Shown here: one piece after another, positions 28,200-39,835 of the stretch | Numbering within the stretch: position 1 is the stretch's first letter | Layout of the letters: the number at the start of each line of letters is the position of its first letter | Assembly: GCA_903897005.1 (NCBI GenBank) | Contig: CAITZZ010000029.1 | Location: 574-64,573 of the forward strand | From: an uncultured beta proteobacterium | GTDB lineage: Bacteria > Pseudomonadota > Gammaproteobacteria > Burkholderiales > Burkholderiaceae_C | Direction of reading: 5' to 3' | DNA: 64,000 nucleotides | Program-made: the position numbers and the translations under genes | Notes under the pieces: generated by a model | Seen by the model: only the letters and a program-made list of their open reading frames with translations | Database searches by the model: none | What the model was told of the DNA's origin: nothing

Positions 28200-29123
28200 A
28201 TGGCTGCAATTACCGCGAGCATGGTTGCTGAACTGCGTAGCAAGACTGACGCGCCCATGATGGAGTGCAAACGTGCGCTGACCGAGGCGCAAGGTGACAT
28301 GGCAAAGGCTGAAGAACTGCTGCGTGTGAAACTCGGCAGCAAAGCCGGCAAGGCTGCTGGAAGAATTACCGCCGAAGGCGTCGTCACGAGTTTCATTGAC
28401 GGTACCGTCGGAGCGTTGCTTGAAGTGAACTGTGAAACTGATTTCGTTACCAAGAACGACAGCTTCCTGGCACTGGCCAACGCCGGTGCCTTGCTGATTG
28501 CGAAGAACAATCCCGCCGATCTTGCCGCATTGGGGGCCTTGCCCTATACACAGGACGGTTTTGGTCCGACCCTGGAAGACGTGCGCAAAGGCTTGATCGG
28601 CAAGATTGGTGAGAACATGAGTTTTCGCCGGTTCAAGCGGTTTGCCACGGGTGACAAACTGGCGTCCTATCTGCATGGCACCCGGATTGGCGTGGTGGTC
28701 GAATATGCAGGCAGTGAGCTTGCTGCCAGGGATGTGGCCATGCATGTTGCCGCAATGAAGCCTGTTGCTTTGTCAAGCGCCGATGTGCCGGCCGAACTGG
28801 TCGCCAGAGAGCGGTCCGTCGCAGCTGCCAAGGCGGCTGAGGATGCAGCGGTCGCGACGGCTGCCGGCAAACCTGTGCAGTCAGCAGAGATCGTCAACAA
28901 GCGTATCGACGGCAGTGTGCAAAAATTCCTGCGCGAGGTGTCATTGTTCAATCAATCCTTCGTGAAGAACGACAAACTCACGGTTGAGCAGATGCTCAAA
29001 TCCGCGGATACCGTTGTGAAGGGGTTTACCCTGTATGTCGTTGGCGAAGGTATTGCCAAGAAAGTCGACGATTTTGTGGCCGAAGTGGCGGCCCAGGTGG
29101 CTGCCGCAAAGCAATCAAACTGA
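28200..29123 (+). CDS. tsf: Translation elongation factor Ts
   Basis: [45 protein letters not shown]-like N-domain. 307 aa. Confidence 0.97.
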   Translation: MAAITASMVAELRSKTDAPMMECKRALTEAQGDMAKAEELLRVKLGSKAGKAAGRITAEGVVTSFIDGTVGALLEVNCETDFVTKNDSFLALANAGALLIAKNNPADLAALGALPYTQDGFGPTLEDVRKGLIGKIGENMSFRRFKRFATGDKLASYLHGTRIGVVVEYAGSELAARDVAMHVAAMKPVALSSADVPAELVARERSVAAAKAAEDAAVATAAGKPVQSAEIVNKRIDGSVQKFLREVSLFNQSFVKNDKLTVEQMLKSADTVVKGFTLYVVGEGIAKKVDDFVAEVAAQVAAAKQSN

Positions 29124-29177
29124 TCTGTTGATGCCATTGAAGACAGGTTTTCCATTGATGTCTTATTAAGGATTTAT

Positions 29178-29900
29178 ATGCCGATCACCAAACCAGCCTA
29201 CAAGCGCATCCTGCTCAAGCTGTCAGGCGAGGCATTGATGGGGGATGATCAGTTTGGCATCAATCGGAACACCATTGTCCGCATCGTCGGAGAGGTTGCT
29301 GAAGTAACGCGCTTGGGCGTTGAAGTCGCCGTTGTCATTGGCGGCGGCAATATATTTCGTGGTGTGGCCGGTGGATCTGTTGGTATGGACCGGGCGACGG
29401 CAGATTACATGGGCATGCTGGCCACGGTAATGAATTCGCTGGCGCTGGGCGATACCATGAACAAGGCCGGGTTGACGGCCCGCGTGATGTCCGCCATTGC
29501 GATTGAGCAGGTGGTTGAGCCCTATGTCAGACCGAAGGCGCTGCAATACCTCGAAGAGGGCAAAGTCGTTATTTTTGCCGCTGGAACTGGCAATCCGTTT
29601 TTCACGACCGATACCGCAGCTGCATTGCGCGGTGCAGAAATCGGTGCTGAAATCGTTCTCAAGGCCACCAAAGTGGATGGTGTTTACACAGCCGACCCAA
29701 AGAAAGACGCTGCTGCCACTCGGTTCAGCAAAATTACCTTCGATGAGGCCATGTCGAAGAATTTGGGCATCATGGATGCCACCGCGTTTGCTTTGTGCAG
29801 AGATCAAAAATTGCCGGTCAAGGTGTTTTCAATTTTCAAGCACGGCGCTCTCAAGCGCGTGGTGATGGGCGAGGACGAGGGCACCTTGGTTTATGCCTGA
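29178..29900 (+). CDS. pyrH: UMP kinase
   Basis: [15 protein letters not shown]...[11 protein letters not shown]. 240 aa. Confidence 0.97.
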   Translation: MPITKPAYKRILLKLSGEALMGDDQFGINRNTIVRIVGEVAEVTRLGVEVAVVIGGGNIFRGVAGGSVGMDRATADYMGMLATVMNSLALGDTMNKAGLTARVMSAIAIEQVVEPYVRPKALQYLEEGKVVIFAAGTGNPFFTTDTAAALRGAEIGAEIVLKATKVDGVYTADPKKDAAATRFSKITFDEAMSKNLGIMDATAFALCRDQKLPVKVFSIFKHGALKRVVMGEDEGTLVYA

Positions 29901-29960
29901 CTGTGTCAAAATCGCCACAAGTGATTGGTTATTGGCGAAAGGTCTAGTAAGGAGAAAAAA

Positions 29961-30521
29961 GTGCCTATTACCGAAATAAGAACAACGGTTGAAGTGAAGA
30001 TGGATCAGTCCATCGTCGCTTTCAAGAACAACCTGAGCAAGATCCGCACCGGGCGGGCCAATCCGGCACTGCTGGATTCGGTTCATGTCGATTATTACGG
30101 CGCCATGCTACCGATCAGCCAGGTCGCCAACGTGTCCCTGCTTGATGCACGCACCATCAGCGTGCAGCCCTGGGAAAAGGGGATGGGACCAAAGATCGAA
30201 AAAGCGATTCGCGACAGTGATCTTGGACTCAATCCTTCGTCGATGGGTGATTTGCTGCGTGTTCCGATGCCTGCCATGTCAGAGGAACGTCGCAAGGAAT
30301 TGACCAAGGTGGTCAGGCACGAAGGTGAAACCGCCAAGATAGCGGTGCGTAACCTGCGCCGCGATGCCAATGAGGCGGTCAAGAAGACGGTCAAAGACAA
30401 GCTGGCGTCTGAGGACGATCAAAAGCGCTCGGAGGCGGAGATCCAGAAAGTTACCGACCGCCACATCATCGAAATCGACAGACTTGTTGCGGCCAAAGAG
30501 CAAGACCTCATGGCGGTCTGA
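29961..30521 (+). CDS. frr: Ribosome recycling factor
   Basis: 186 aa from the GTG at 29961, with AAGGAG upstream. [15 protein letters not shown] motif. Confidence 0.95.
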   Translation: MPITEIRTTVEVKMDQSIVAFKNNLSKIRTGRANPALLDSVHVDYYGAMLPISQVANVSLLDARTISVQPWEKGMGPKIEKAIRDSDLGLNPSSMGDLLRVPMPAMSEERRKELTKVVRHEGETAKIAVRNLRRDANEAVKKTVKDKLASEDDQKRSEAEIQKVTDRHIIEIDRLVAAKEQDLMAV

Positions 30522-30535
30522 ATGTCGCTCCAACC

Positions 30536-31258
30536 ATGAATCAGGTCCCGCATCACATCGCTGTTGTGATGGATGGCAATGGGCGTTGGGCGGCCAAACG
30601 CTGTCTGCCGCGCGTGGCGGGCCACAAGCAAGGAGTGGCTTCACTGCGTCGCTGTGTCAAGGCCTGCGCTCAGCGGGATGTTGGTGTGTTGACCGTGTTT
30701 GCCTTTTCGTCGGAGAACTGGAATCGGCCGATGGAAGAAGTCTCCGGCCTGATGTCCCTGTTCGCCGTGGCACTGGGCAGAGAGGTTCCGAGACTTCACG
30801 CCGATGGTGTTCAACTGCATTTTGTTGGTGATCGACTTGGTTTGTCGGAAAAGTTGGTGGCTGGTATTGAAAGCGCGGAACGCGCCACCGCCTCCAACTC
30901 ACGTCTGATTCTGAATATCTGTTTCAATTACGGCGGACGCTGGGACATTGTTCAGGCTGCCAAGAAATTGGCAGACCAGGGCAAACCGGTCACCGAGGAA
31001 AATCTTGGCGCCGCCATGGCGATGGCTCATGTGGCCGATCCGGATCTGGTGATTCGCACTGGAGCAGAGCAGCGGATCAGCAATTTCTTGCTTTGGCAGG
31101 CCGCTTATTCGGAACTCTACTTCAGTGAGCGACTCTGGCCTGAGTTTGACGAGGCAGAACTCGACCTGGCTATCGAGTCCTACAGCAAGCGACAGAGACG
31201 GTTTGGCAAGACGTCTGATCAGCTTCCGCCCAGTACCGTATCGCCAGTTGTGGGCTAA
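30536..31258 (+). CDS. uppS: Ditrans,polycis-undecaprenyl-diphosphate synthase
   Basis: HIAVVMDGNGRWA and the ..RTGAEQRISNFLLWQAAYSELYF motifs. Confidence 0.95.
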   Translation: MNQVPHHIAVVMDGNGRWAAKRCLPRVAGHKQGVASLRRCVKACAQRDVGVLTVFAFSSENWNRPMEEVSGLMSLFAVALGREVPRLHADGVQLHFVGDRLGLSEKLVAGIESAERATASNSRLILNICFNYGGRWDIVQAAKKLADQGKPVTEENLGAAMAMAHVADPDLVIRTGAEQRISNFLLWQAAYSELYFSERLWPEFDEAELDLAIESYSKRQRRFGKTSDQLPPSTVSPVVG

Positions 31259-31266
31259 GGCGACCG

Positions 31267-32112
31267 ATGCTCAAACAGCGTGTTGTCACTGCGGTTGTGA
31301 TGCTCTTGATCTTGTTGCCAGCTCTGTTTTACAGAACAGCGCTGCCTTTTTGCATGGTTGCCATGGTGCTCATAGGCGTTGCTGCCTGGGAGTGGGCACG
31401 GCTCAATGGCTACAGTCAGGTGCACGCATTGCTGTCGGGTCTGCTTTGCCTGCTGTCGTGTGCAGCGAGTTGGTGGCTCGGCATGCTGGAGCAGTCATTG
31501 CCCCTGTTATGGATGGTCACAGGCGCTTGCTGGGTTCTCGCAGGCGCGTGGGTGTTGCACCGGGGCGTGGCTGCCTGGGCGAGTCACTCGCGCACACTGC
31601 GCCAGTTTGCGGGCCTGATGGCCTTGTGGCTGGCCTGGCTGGCCGTGGCGCAAGCCAGGACCGTGGGGGTCAATTTTCTGCTCTCCATTTTGCTGCTGGT
31701 GTGGGTGGCGGACATCTTTGCCTACTTTGCCGGGCGTGCACTGGGTGGGCGGTTCAGCCGCGGAAAGCTGGCGCCCAGCATCAGTCCCGGCAAGAGCTGG
31801 GAGGGGGTTTGGGGCGGCATGATCGGGGTGCTTGCTTTGGCGTTTGGCTGGCAGGCGGCTGACAAGGTCTACGCCTCCACCGTTCCCAGTCTGTTCAGCT
31901 CCCTGGGCAGTCATGGGGCCTGGCAGTTGCTTGTCGGTGCCTTGTTCCTCGCTGCGATGAGCGTGGTTGGCGATTTGTTCGAGTCGCTGGTCAAACGCAG
32001 TGCTGGCGTGAAGGACAGCAGCGGTTTGCTGCCGGGTCATGGCGGTGTGCTGGACCGGGTCGATGCACTGCTGCCGACGCTGCCTTTGGCGATGATGCTT
32101 TTCTCTTTCTGA
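31267..32112 (+). CDS. cdsA: Phosphatidate cytidylyltransferase
   Basis: Polytopic membrane protein with the CDS signature SLVKRSAGVKDSSGLLPGHGGVLDRVDAL. Confidence 0.92.
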   Translation: MLKQRVVTAVVMLLILLPALFYRTALPFCMVAMVLIGVAAWEWARLNGYSQVHALLSGLLCLLSCAASWWLGMLEQSLPLLWMVTGACWVLAGAWVLHRGVAAWASHSRTLRQFAGLMALWLAWLAVAQARTVGVNFLLSILLLVWVADIFAYFAGRALGGRFSRGKLAPSISPGKSWEGVWGGMIGVLALAFGWQAADKVYASTVPSLFSSLGSHGAWQLLVGALFLAAMSVVGDLFESLVKRSAGVKDSSGLLPGHGGVLDRVDALLPTLPLAMMLFSF

Positions 32113-32120
32113 AAGCAACG

Positions 32121-33335
32121 ATGGCTGATCTTGTTGAAGCGCCTAAAAAGCGTGTCGTGATACTGGGTTCGACCGGATCGATCGGCGTCAATACCCTTGC
32201 TGTGATCGCGCGCCATCCGCGACGGTTCGAAGTGTTTGCCCTGAGCGCGGCCACCCAAATTGAGCTGTTGCTGCGTCAGTGCGTCGAGTTCAGACCGATG
32301 TTTGCCGTCATGGCCAGTGAACCGCACGGCCGCGAACTGGAGCAGAAGTGCCGCAGCCTGAACCTGAGTACCCGGGTTCTGTGGGGTGCGCAGGCGATCA
32401 CCATGATTGCGGAGCACGAAATGGCGGATGTCGTGATGGCGGCCATTGTCGGGGCTGCCGGACTGGCCTCCTGCCTGGCAGCCGCGCGTGCGGGCAAGCG
32501 TTTGCTGCTGGCGAACAAGGAGGCGCTGGTGGTCGGCGGCGACTACTTTATGCAGGCCGTGGCAGTCGGTGGAGCCAAACTGCTGCCGATTGACAGCGAG
32601 CATTCGGCCATTTTTCAATCGCTTCCGGATGACTGCGCCGTCTGGTCAGGTCAAATCGACAAGATTATTCTTACGGCGTCGGGTGGGCCATTTCGACTCT
32701 CAGACCCTCTTGCGCTTCGTGATGTGACGCCGCAGCAGGCTTGCGCGCATCCCAACTGGGTGATGGGGCGAAAGATCTCCGTTGATTCCGCGACCATGAT
32801 GAACAAGGCGCTGGAAGTCATAGAGGCGCGTTTCCTGTTTAACGTCAGACCTGAACAAATTGAGGTCGTGATTCACCCGCAGAGCGTTATCCATTCCATG
32901 GTGCAGTACAGGGACAACTCGGTGGTGGCGCAGCTTGGTACGCCGGACATGAAGGTTCCGATCGCTTATGGGCTGTCCTGGCCCGATCGAATGCAGTCAG
33001 GGGCAGCAGCACTTGATTTCGGAGCCATGCCGGACATGACATTCGAGTCATTGGATTCGAACCGACATGAGCAGCGCTTTCCGGGATTGAAGCTGGCCTG
33101 GTCGGTTTTGAATGCGCCTGCAGGTACCACAGCCGTCCTGAATGCTGCCAATGAAATCGGCGTAGCGGCGTTCCTTGATGGAAAGATCCGCTTTGATCAG
33201 ATTCACGCTGTCAATCTTGCAACACTGGAATCTGTGTGCGCCGCCGGGCCGCAGTCGCTGGAGGAGTTGTTGGCACTCGATGAACAGTCGCGTCGAGCGG
33301 CCGAGCAAGTCATCGGACGTCTGTCGAATGGCTGA
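32121..33335 (+). CDS. dxr: 1-deoxy-D-xylulose-5-phosphate reductoisomerase
   Basis: VVILGSTGSIGVNTL NADPH motif, LLPIDSEHSAIFQ and NKALEVIEA blocks. Confidence 0.95.
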   Translation: MADLVEAPKKRVVILGSTGSIGVNTLAVIARHPRRFEVFALSAATQIELLLRQCVEFRPMFAVMASEPHGRELEQKCRSLNLSTRVLWGAQAITMIAEHEMADVVMAAIVGAAGLASCLAAARAGKRLLLANKEALVVGGDYFMQAVAVGGAKLLPIDSEHSAIFQSLPDDCAVWSGQIDKIILTASGGPFRLSDPLALRDVTPQQACAHPNWVMGRKISVDSATMMNKALEVIEARFLFNVRPEQIEVVIHPQSVIHSMVQYRDNSVVAQLGTPDMKVPIAYGLSWPDRMQSGAAALDFGAMPDMTFESLDSNRHEQRFPGLKLAWSVLNAPAGTTAVLNAANEIGVAAFLDGKIRFDQIHAVNLATLESVCAAGPQSLEELLALDEQSRRAAEQVIGRLSNG

Positions 33336-33353
33336 TTTCACCTGGACGCCAGC

Positions 33354-34715
33354 ATGCTGACGCTGGTCTGGTTTGCCCTCGCCCTGGGGCTGCTGATTGC
33401 AGTGCATGAATTCGGGCATTATGGGGCCGCAGTGCTCTGTGGTGTCAAGGTACTTCGTTTCTCTATTGGGTTTGGCAAGCCGCTGCTTCGTTGGCAACGC
33501 CAAGGCTCGCCAACCGAGTTTGTGCTCGGCGCCTTTCCACTGGGAGGCTACGTGAAGATGCTCGACGAGCGCGAGGCGGCGGTTCGCGTCGAAGAAAGGC
33601 ATCAGGCGTTCAACGCTCAGCCTTTGCTGGCACGGCTCGCTATCGTCGTGGCTGGGCCGGCTGCCAACCTTCTGTTGGCAGTCTTGCTGTATGCCGTGGT
33701 CAATTGGAGTGGGCAGCAGCTGCCGGCGGCGATCATGGCCAGTCCGGAGACCGGGTCGATCGCCGCGCGCGCCGGACTGGTGGGTGGTGAAAAGGTCGTG
33801 CGCGCCGGATTTGACGGGGCGCAGCTGCAAGAGGTTCGCTCGTATGAGGAGGTTCATTGGTTGCTGACCCGTGCGTCCCTCGAAAAGCAGGACCTGCGTC
33901 TGCAACTGACTGACGGGGCGCGCGGACCGCGCCGTGAAGTTCTGCTTCCATTGAGCGCCGTTGATGCGAGTGAGGTCAATGCCGACCTGTTCCGGCAAAT
34001 TGGTCTGCTTGGTCCGTTTAGCCGACCGGTCATGGGGGGTGTCACGGCTGGTGCAGCGGCCGACAAGGCTGGTTTGCGCAACGGCGATGTCGTGCGGCAG
34101 ATCGACGCCGTGGCAGTATTGGATGGGCGACAGTTGCGTCAGTTGATCAGGGCGTCGGCGGCTGGCGGCGAAGCGAAGCCATCCCAGTGGAAGATCGAGC
34201 GTGCTGGAGTCGAGCTTGTCATCGTGGTCAAACCTGAACGCCAACTTGAGGGCGGTCTCTGGATTGGGAAAATTGGTGCCTATGTCGGGGCTGCGCCTGA
34301 AACCGTGCTTGTAAAGTATGGCCCGCTGGACGGTTTGTGGCGTGCCGTTGTACGGAGCGGTGATGTCTGTCTGTTGACGATCAGGATGATGGGGCAGATG
34401 CTGCTGGGCAATGCCTCACTCAAGAATCTGAGTGGGCCCTTGACCATAGCGGATTACGCCGGAAAGTCTGCCAGCCTGGGATGGACTCAGTATCTATTGT
34501 TTCTTGCCTTGATCAGCGTGAGTTTGGGGGTTTTGAACCTGCTGCCGCTGCCGCTGCTCGATGGTGGTCACCTGATGTATTATCTTTGGGAGTGGATTTC
34601 GGGCAAACCTGTCTCGGACGCATCGATGGTGCGTCTGCAGCGGGGTGGCTTTGCGGTTCTGTTGGTCATGATGTCAATTGCGATTTTCAACGACATCAAC
34701 CGACTTTTTGGCTAA
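33354..34715 (+). CDS. rseP: RIP (site-2) zinc metalloprotease RseP
   Basis: HEFGHY zinc motif at the N-terminus, PDZ region, C-terminal LLPLPLLDGGH motif. Confidence 0.93.
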   Translation: MLTLVWFALALGLLIAVHEFGHYGAAVLCGVKVLRFSIGFGKPLLRWQRQGSPTEFVLGAFPLGGYVKMLDEREAAVRVEERHQAFNAQPLLARLAIVVAGPAANLLLAVLLYAVVNWSGQQLPAAIMASPETGSIAARAGLVGGEKVVRAGFDGAQLQEVRSYEEVHWLLTRASLEKQDLRLQLTDGARGPRREVLLPLSAVDASEVNADLFRQIGLLGPFSRPVMGGVTAGAAADKAGLRNGDVVRQIDAVAVLDGRQLRQLIRASAAGGEAKPSQWKIERAGVELVIVVKPERQLEGGLWIGKIGAYVGAAPETVLVKYGPLDGLWRAVVRSGDVCLLTIRMMGQMLLGNASLKNLSGPLTIADYAGKSASLGWTQYLLFLALISVSLGVLNLLPLPLLDGGHLMYYLWEWISGKPVSDASMVRLQRGGFAVLLVMMSIAIFNDINRLFG

Positions 34716-34764
34716 ACGTCTGGTGTCGATTGTTCAGCACTGGTTTGACTTTTCAATATAAAAA

Positions 34765-37056
34765 ATGCAATTCAATCGCTTCTTTCCGCGCACTGTATCG
34801 ACTGCGGCCTGTCTGACTTTCATGGTGAGCTCGGTGTGGGCCATCAACCCTTTTACGGTGCGCGATATTCGCATTGAGGGTTTGCAGCGCGTCGAGCCAG
34901 GAACCATTTTTGTATCGTTGCCGGTTCGGGTTGGAGATGTCTACAACGACGAGAAAGGTACTTCGGCGATCCGTGCGTTGTTTGATCTGGGTTTGTTCAA
35001 GGACGTGCGAATTGAAGTCAGTGGCGACGTGCTCGTGATTCTGGTGGAGGAGCGCCCCACCATTGCTGACGTTGACTTTGTTGGAACCAAGGAATTTGAC
35101 AAGGATGTTCTCAAGAAAGCCCTCAAGGATGTTGGCCTTGCTGATGGTAGACCCTTTGACAAGGCGCAACTCGATCGTGCTGAGCAGGAACTCAAGCGCC
35201 AGTACATCAATCGCAGCCTTTACGCCGCCGAAGTGGTTTCAACCGTCACACCGGCGGAACGCAATCGGGTCAATCTGACTTTTACCGTGGTCGAGGGCGA
35301 ACCGGCCAAGATCAGCGAAATCCGGATTGTTGGCAACCAGGTGTTTGGCGAGTCCACGCTGCGCAGCTTGTTTGACCTAGATACCGGCGGCTGGTTGAGC
35401 TGGTACACCAAGTCCGATCGCTATTCCCGTGCCAAACTCAATGCCGACATCGAAACTTTGCGCTCCCACTACCTGACCCGCGGCTACATCGAGTTCAAAG
35501 TTGATTCGACGCAGGTTGCCATACTGCCCAACAAGACGGATATTGCCATCACCATCAATGTCAACGAGGGTGATCGCTTTGTCGTTAGCGGCGTCAAACT
35601 CGAAGGTAACTTTCTTGGCCGAGAGGATGAATTCAAGTCGCTGGTAACGATTCAGCCGGGGCAGGCCTATAACGCGGATGAGGTGGTCAGGACAACCAAG
35701 GCCTTCACCGATTATTTCGGGAATTTCGGATTTGCCTTTGCCCGCGTTATTGCGCGTCCGGAAATTGATCGAGTCAACAACCGGGTGGTCCTGGTTCTGC
35801 AGGCCGACCCGTCGCGGCGGGCCTATGTGCGCAGAATCAACGTGGTCGGCAACAGCCGGACGCGTGACGTCGTCGTGCGCCGCGAATTTCGGCAGTTTGA
35901 GGCCTCATGGTACGACGGCGAAAAAATCCGTTTGTCACGTGACCGGGTCGATCGTCTGGGCTATTTCAAGGAAGTTGGTATCGAAACCCAGGAAGTGGCT
36001 GGCTCGCCGGATCAGGTGGACCTGACGATCAACGTGGTTGACAAGCCGACCGGCAGTCTGAGCCTTGGAGCCGGTTTTTCAAGTGCCGATGGCCTGGGGC
36101 TTTCATTCGGTCTGAAACAGGACAACGCATTTGGCTCAGGCAATTCGCTTGGCGTGCAAATCAATACCAGCAAAATCAATCGTGTTGTCGTGTTCAATAC
36201 AACAGACCCCTACTTTACGCAGGATGGCGTTTCACGAACCATCGATCTGTACCACAAGTCAAGCAGCCCCTACCAGGATCAAAATTACTATCAACTCGTA
36301 TCGTCTGGTGGAAGCATGCGCTTCGGGGTGCCGTTTACGGAGATCGATACGGTCTATTTCGGTGCCGGGGTCGAGAAGACAACGATTGTGCCCGGTACGG
36401 CCTTGCCAACTTCTTATATGGCGTATGCCAATCAGTATGGTTACGCCAGCATGTCGATTCCATTTACCGCAGGCTGGGCCCGTGACAGCCGGGATAGCGC
36501 ACTTTCTCCCAATTCCGGCCGCTTCCAGCGTGCCTACGCCGAGTGGTCAGTTGCAGGTGAGGCGCGTTATCTGCGCACTACTTACCAGTACCAGCAGTTT
36601 ATTCCGCTGAATAAACAGTTTACTGTTGCATTCAATGGCGAAGTGGGTTGGGGGATGGCCCCTGGAGATCGTTCGTTTCCCGTGTTCAAGAAGTTTTTCG
36701 GCGGTGGTCTGGGCTCGGTGCGCGGTTTCGAGCAGGGCAGCCTGGGTCCGCAGGATGCCAGTGGCGTAGCGGTGGGCGGATCGAGCAAGCTCAATTTGAA
36801 CCTGGAGTTGTTGTCGCCCTTCCCGGGGTCGGGCAATGACCGGACCTTGAGGATGTACGCTTTTGCCGATCTCGGTGGTGTGGCTGGTCCGGATGGCGTC
36901 AATCCCTACGCGAACAACCTGCGCGCCTCGGTTGGGGTCGGTGTCAGCTGGATCTCACCAATGGGGCCTTTGCGACTGGCATTTGCGAAGCCGATCAAGA
37001 AGTTTGATGGCGATAAAATACAAAACATGCAATTTCAGATTGGGACGAATTTCTAA
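34765..37056 (+). CDS. bamA: Outer membrane protein assembly factor BamA
   Basis: 763 aa with a signal peptide, POTRA repeats (IRIEGLQRVEPGTIF..) and a beta-barrel ending QFQIGTNF. Confidence 0.95.
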   Translation: MQFNRFFPRTVSTAACLTFMVSSVWAINPFTVRDIRIEGLQRVEPGTIFVSLPVRVGDVYNDEKGTSAIRALFDLGLFKDVRIEVSGDVLVILVEERPTIADVDFVGTKEFDKDVLKKALKDVGLADGRPFDKAQLDRAEQELKRQYINRSLYAAEVVSTVTPAERNRVNLTFTVVEGEPAKISEIRIVGNQVFGESTLRSLFDLDTGGWLSWYTKSDRYSRAKLNADIETLRSHYLTRGYIEFKVDSTQVAILPNKTDIAITINVNEGDRFVVSGVKLEGNFLGREDEFKSLVTIQPGQAYNADEVVRTTKAFTDYFGNFGFAFARVIARPEIDRVNNRVVLVLQADPSRRAYVRRINVVGNSRTRDVVVRREFRQFEASWYDGEKIRLSRDRVDRLGYFKEVGIETQEVAGSPDQVDLTINVVDKPTGSLSLGAGFSSADGLGLSFGLKQDNAFGSGNSLGVQINTSKINRVVVFNTTDPYFTQDGVSRTIDLYHKSSSPYQDQNYYQLVSSGGSMRFGVPFTEIDTVYFGAGVEKTTIVPGTALPTSYMAYANQYGYASMSIPFTAGWARDSRDSALSPNSGRFQRAYAEWSVAGEARYLRTTYQYQQFIPLNKQFTVAFNGEVGWGMAPGDRSFPVFKKFFGGGLGSVRGFEQGSLGPQDASGVAVGGSSKLNLNLELLSPFPGSGNDRTLRMYAFADLGGVAGPDGVNPYANNLRASVGVGVSWISPMGPLRLAFAKPIKKFDGDKIQNMQFQIGTNF

Positions 37057-37574
37057 TGAACGATTTATTACGTCAATGCGTTGCCGGCATGGTGTTCGGC
37101 GGCTTGCTGGTCCTGGCGCCGGTTCAGGCGCAGGAGTTCCGAATCGGATTTGTCAACACGGATCGTATTTTCAAAGAGGCGAGTACCGCCAAGGCAGCGC
37201 AGGCCAAACTGGAGCAGGAGTTTTCCAAACGGGAAAAAGACATCGTTGACTTGACGACCACCATGAAGGTGATGGTTGACAAGTTCGAGCGCGAAGGGCC
37301 GACCTTGCCAGAAGGACAAAAGACAGTTCGTCAAAAACAGTTGCTGGATCAGGATCGGGAGTTGCAGCGCAAGCGACGGGAATTTCAGGAAGATCTGACC
37401 TCCAGAAAGAATGAAGAACTGCAGCAGGTTCTGGAACGCGCCAACCGCGTTGTCAAACAGGTTGCCGAGGCCGAAAAGTACGATCTCGTCCTGCAAGAGG
37501 CGGTGTATGTCAATCCGAAGCATGACATCACTGACAAGGTCATCAAATCCCTGAATGCGGGTGGCGTCAAGTAA
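37056..37574 (+). CDS. skp: Periplasmic chaperone Skp (OmpH family)
   Basis: 172 aa with a signal peptide and a K/E/Q-rich coiled coil. TAATG overlap with the bamA stop. Canonical position. Confidence 0.85.
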   Translation: MNDLLRQCVAGMVFGGLLVLAPVQAQEFRIGFVNTDRIFKEASTAKAAQAKLEQEFSKREKDIVDLTTTMKVMVDKFEREGPTLPEGQKTVRQKQLLDQDRELQRKRREFQEDLTSRKNEELQQVLERANRVVKQVAEAEKYDLVLQEAVYVNPKHDITDKVIKSLNAGGVK

Positions 37575-37595
37575 ACCACCCGAGGCATGTAAAGA

Positions 37596-38576
37596 GTGGG
37601 CTTGAGTCTGGGTTCGATTGTTGATGCACTCGGCGGCGAACTCCTTGGTGACCGTGCCCTGATCGTTAATGGCCTGGCCACGCTGGAGGCTGCCGGCCCA
37701 GCTGACCTGAGTTTTCTTAGCAACGTACGCTATCAGAATCAACTGGCGGGGTCCAGGGCCGCTTGCGTGATCGTGAGTCCGCAAATGCAGGCCGCTGCCG
37801 TGCAGCGTGGTTGCTGCATTGTCTCGGACCAGCCCTATCTGTATTTTGCTCGCCTTACACAGTTCTGGAAGAAGAACACCGAACAGCCTGTCCTGGTGCT
37901 TCGGCATCCAAGTGCGGTCATAGATCCACAGGCCTTCGTCCATCCGAGTGCTCGCATAGGTGCCTTGTGTGTGATCGAGCGCGGCGCCCGAATCGGCGCG
38001 GATACCGAACTGAAGTCAAGGGTTACCGTGGGCGAGGGGTGCCTGGTTGGTCAGCGTTGTTTGCTGCACCCGGGTGTTGTGATCGGTGCCGATGGCTTTG
38101 GCTTTGCACCGCATGCCGGTGGCTGGGAAAAAATCGAACAATTGGGAGCCGTCAGGATCGGTGACGATGTTGAAATTGGTGCCAATACCTGTGTCGACCG
38201 CGGCGCGCTGCAGGACACCGTGATCGAAGACGGTGTCAAACTCGATAACCTGATCCAGATTGGCCACAACGTGCGGGTCGGCAAAAATACCGCGATGGCT
38301 GGCTGCGTCGGTGTCGCTGGAAGTGCGACCATTGGCGCGAACTGTACTATTGGCGGCGGGGCGATCGTGCTTGGGCACCTCGTGCTGGCAGACGGCGTCA
38401 ATATTTCGGCGGCGACGGTGGTGACGCGCTCCATTCGCAAGACCGGACATTACACCGGCATCTTCCCGATTGACGACAATGCTGCCTGGGAGAAAAACGC
38501 AGCTTCACTAAAGCAGTTGCACAGTTTGCGCGACCGGATCCGGTCCCTGGAAAAAAAGCCAAGAAATGAACATTGA
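37596..38576 (+). CDS. lpxD: UDP-3-O-(3-hydroxyacyl)glucosamine N-acyltransferase
   Basis: Left-handed beta-helix hexapeptide repeats, GADGFGF motif and a C-terminal helical tail. GTG start at 37596. Confidence 0.92.
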   Translation: MGLSLGSIVDALGGELLGDRALIVNGLATLEAAGPADLSFLSNVRYQNQLAGSRAACVIVSPQMQAAAVQRGCCIVSDQPYLYFARLTQFWKKNTEQPVLVLRHPSAVIDPQAFVHPSARIGALCVIERGARIGADTELKSRVTVGEGCLVGQRCLLHPGVVIGADGFGFAPHAGGWEKIEQLGAVRIGDDVEIGANTCVDRGALQDTVIEDGVKLDNLIQIGHNVRVGKNTAMAGCVGVAGSATIGANCTIGGGAIVLGHLVLADGVNISAATVVTRSIRKTGHYTGIFPIDDNAAWEKNAASLKQLHSLRDRIRSLEKKPRNEH

Positions 38577-38588
38577 GTCATACCAAGC

Positions 38589-39029
38589 ATGATGGATATC
38601 CACAAAATTCTCAAACAACTGCCGCATCGCTATCCATTCTTGTTGGTGGATCGGGTTCTTGAAATCGACAAGGGCAAGAGCATCAGGGCGCTGAAGAATG
38701 TCACCATCAATGAGCCATTCTTCGAGGGACATTTTCCGAATCGTCCTGTCATGCCCGGGGTGCTGATGCTGGAGGCGCTGGCCCAGGCGTCAGCCCTGCT
38801 GTCGTTTGATGCAATGGATGCCTTGCCGGACGACAAGATGATTTACTACTTTGCTGGCATGGAAGGAGTGCGCTTCCGGCGCCCCGTGGAGCCTGGAGAC
38901 CAGCTGATTCTGGAAGCGCAGATCTTGCGCATGAAGGCGGGGATCTTCAAATTCAAGACACGTGCCTTGGTCGGCAACGATATTGCGGTGGAGGCAGAAC
39001 TGACCTGCGCCATGCGCTCCATCAAATAA
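38589..39029 (+). CDS. fabZ: 3-hydroxyacyl-ACP dehydratase FabZ
   Basis: [13 protein letters not shown] and [12 protein letters not shown] motifs. 146 aa. Confidence 0.95.
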   Translation: MMDIHKILKQLPHRYPFLLVDRVLEIDKGKSIRALKNVTINEPFFEGHFPNRPVMPGVLMLEALAQASALLSFDAMDALPDDKMIYYFAGMEGVRFRRPVEPGDQLILEAQILRMKAGIFKFKTRALVGNDIAVEAELTCAMRSIK

Positions 39030-39039
39030 GAGGTGCGGC

Positions 39040-39834
39040 ATGACGGCGATTCATGCAACGGCCATCATTGATCCAGGCGCCGAGCTTGACGAATCTGTCA
39101 GCATTGGCGCTTATACGCTGATCGGCCCCCACGTGAGGGTCGGTGCCGGAACCAGCATTGGGGCACATTGTGTAATCGAGGGTCACACGAGCATTGGACG
39201 TGAAAACCGGATCTTCCAGTTCAACTCGCTGGGGGCCATTCCGCAGGACAAGAAGTACCGGGGAGAGCCCTGTGGGCTTTTGATTGGTGATCGCAACACG
39301 ATTCGCGAGTTTTGTACCTTCAACATTGGCTCTCCCGGTGATCTGGGAGTGACGAAAATCGGCGATGACAACTGGATCATGGCTTACACCCACGTGGCCC
39401 ACGACTGCCAGATCGAGAACCATACCACGCTGGCGAACAACACCACGCTGGGGGGGCATGTGCATTTGGGGGAGTGGGTGACGATTGGCGGACTCACAGG
39501 CATTCACCAATTTGTGAAGGTTGGTGCGCACGCCATGGTGGGTTTTGCCAGTGCCGTAGCGCAGGATGTTCCGCCCTTCATGCTGGTAGACGGCAACCCA
39601 CTTGCGGTGCGGGGCGTCAACAGCATTGGCCTGCGTCGACGGGACTTCAATGCCGCACGGGTGGCGGTGGTCAAGGCCATGCACAAGGCGCTCTACCGCG
39701 AAGACCTGACGCTGCAACTGGCACGGCAACGTATTGCAGACTTGCCCAAGCAGCACCCTGAGTCTTTGGCAGATGTCCAAATGATGCTTTCGTTCCTGGA
39801 ACAATCGTCGCCACAGCGTGGAATCGTGCGCTGA
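39040..39834 (+). CDS. lpxA: Acyl-ACP--UDP-N-acetylglucosamine O-acyltransferase
   Basis: [13 protein letters not shown] hexapeptide repeats. 264 aa. Confidence 0.95.
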   Translation: MTAIHATAIIDPGAELDESVSIGAYTLIGPHVRVGAGTSIGAHCVIEGHTSIGRENRIFQFNSLGAIPQDKKYRGEPCGLLIGDRNTIREFCTFNIGSPGDLGVTKIGDDNWIMAYTHVAHDCQIENHTTLANNTTLGGHVHLGEWVTIGGLTGIHQFVKVGAHAMVGFASAVAQDVPPFMLVDGNPLAVRGVNSIGLRRRDFNAARVAVVKAMHKALYREDLTLQLARQRIADLPKQHPESLADVQMMLSFLEQSSPQRGIVR

Positions 39835-39835
39835 C

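Noticed and set aside
33048-34244. 398-aa minus-strand ORF opposite dxr/rseP
   Set aside because: Same reasoning. It spans a gene junction on the opposite strand, has R/Q/H-rich low-information sequence, and both sense genes are unambiguous.
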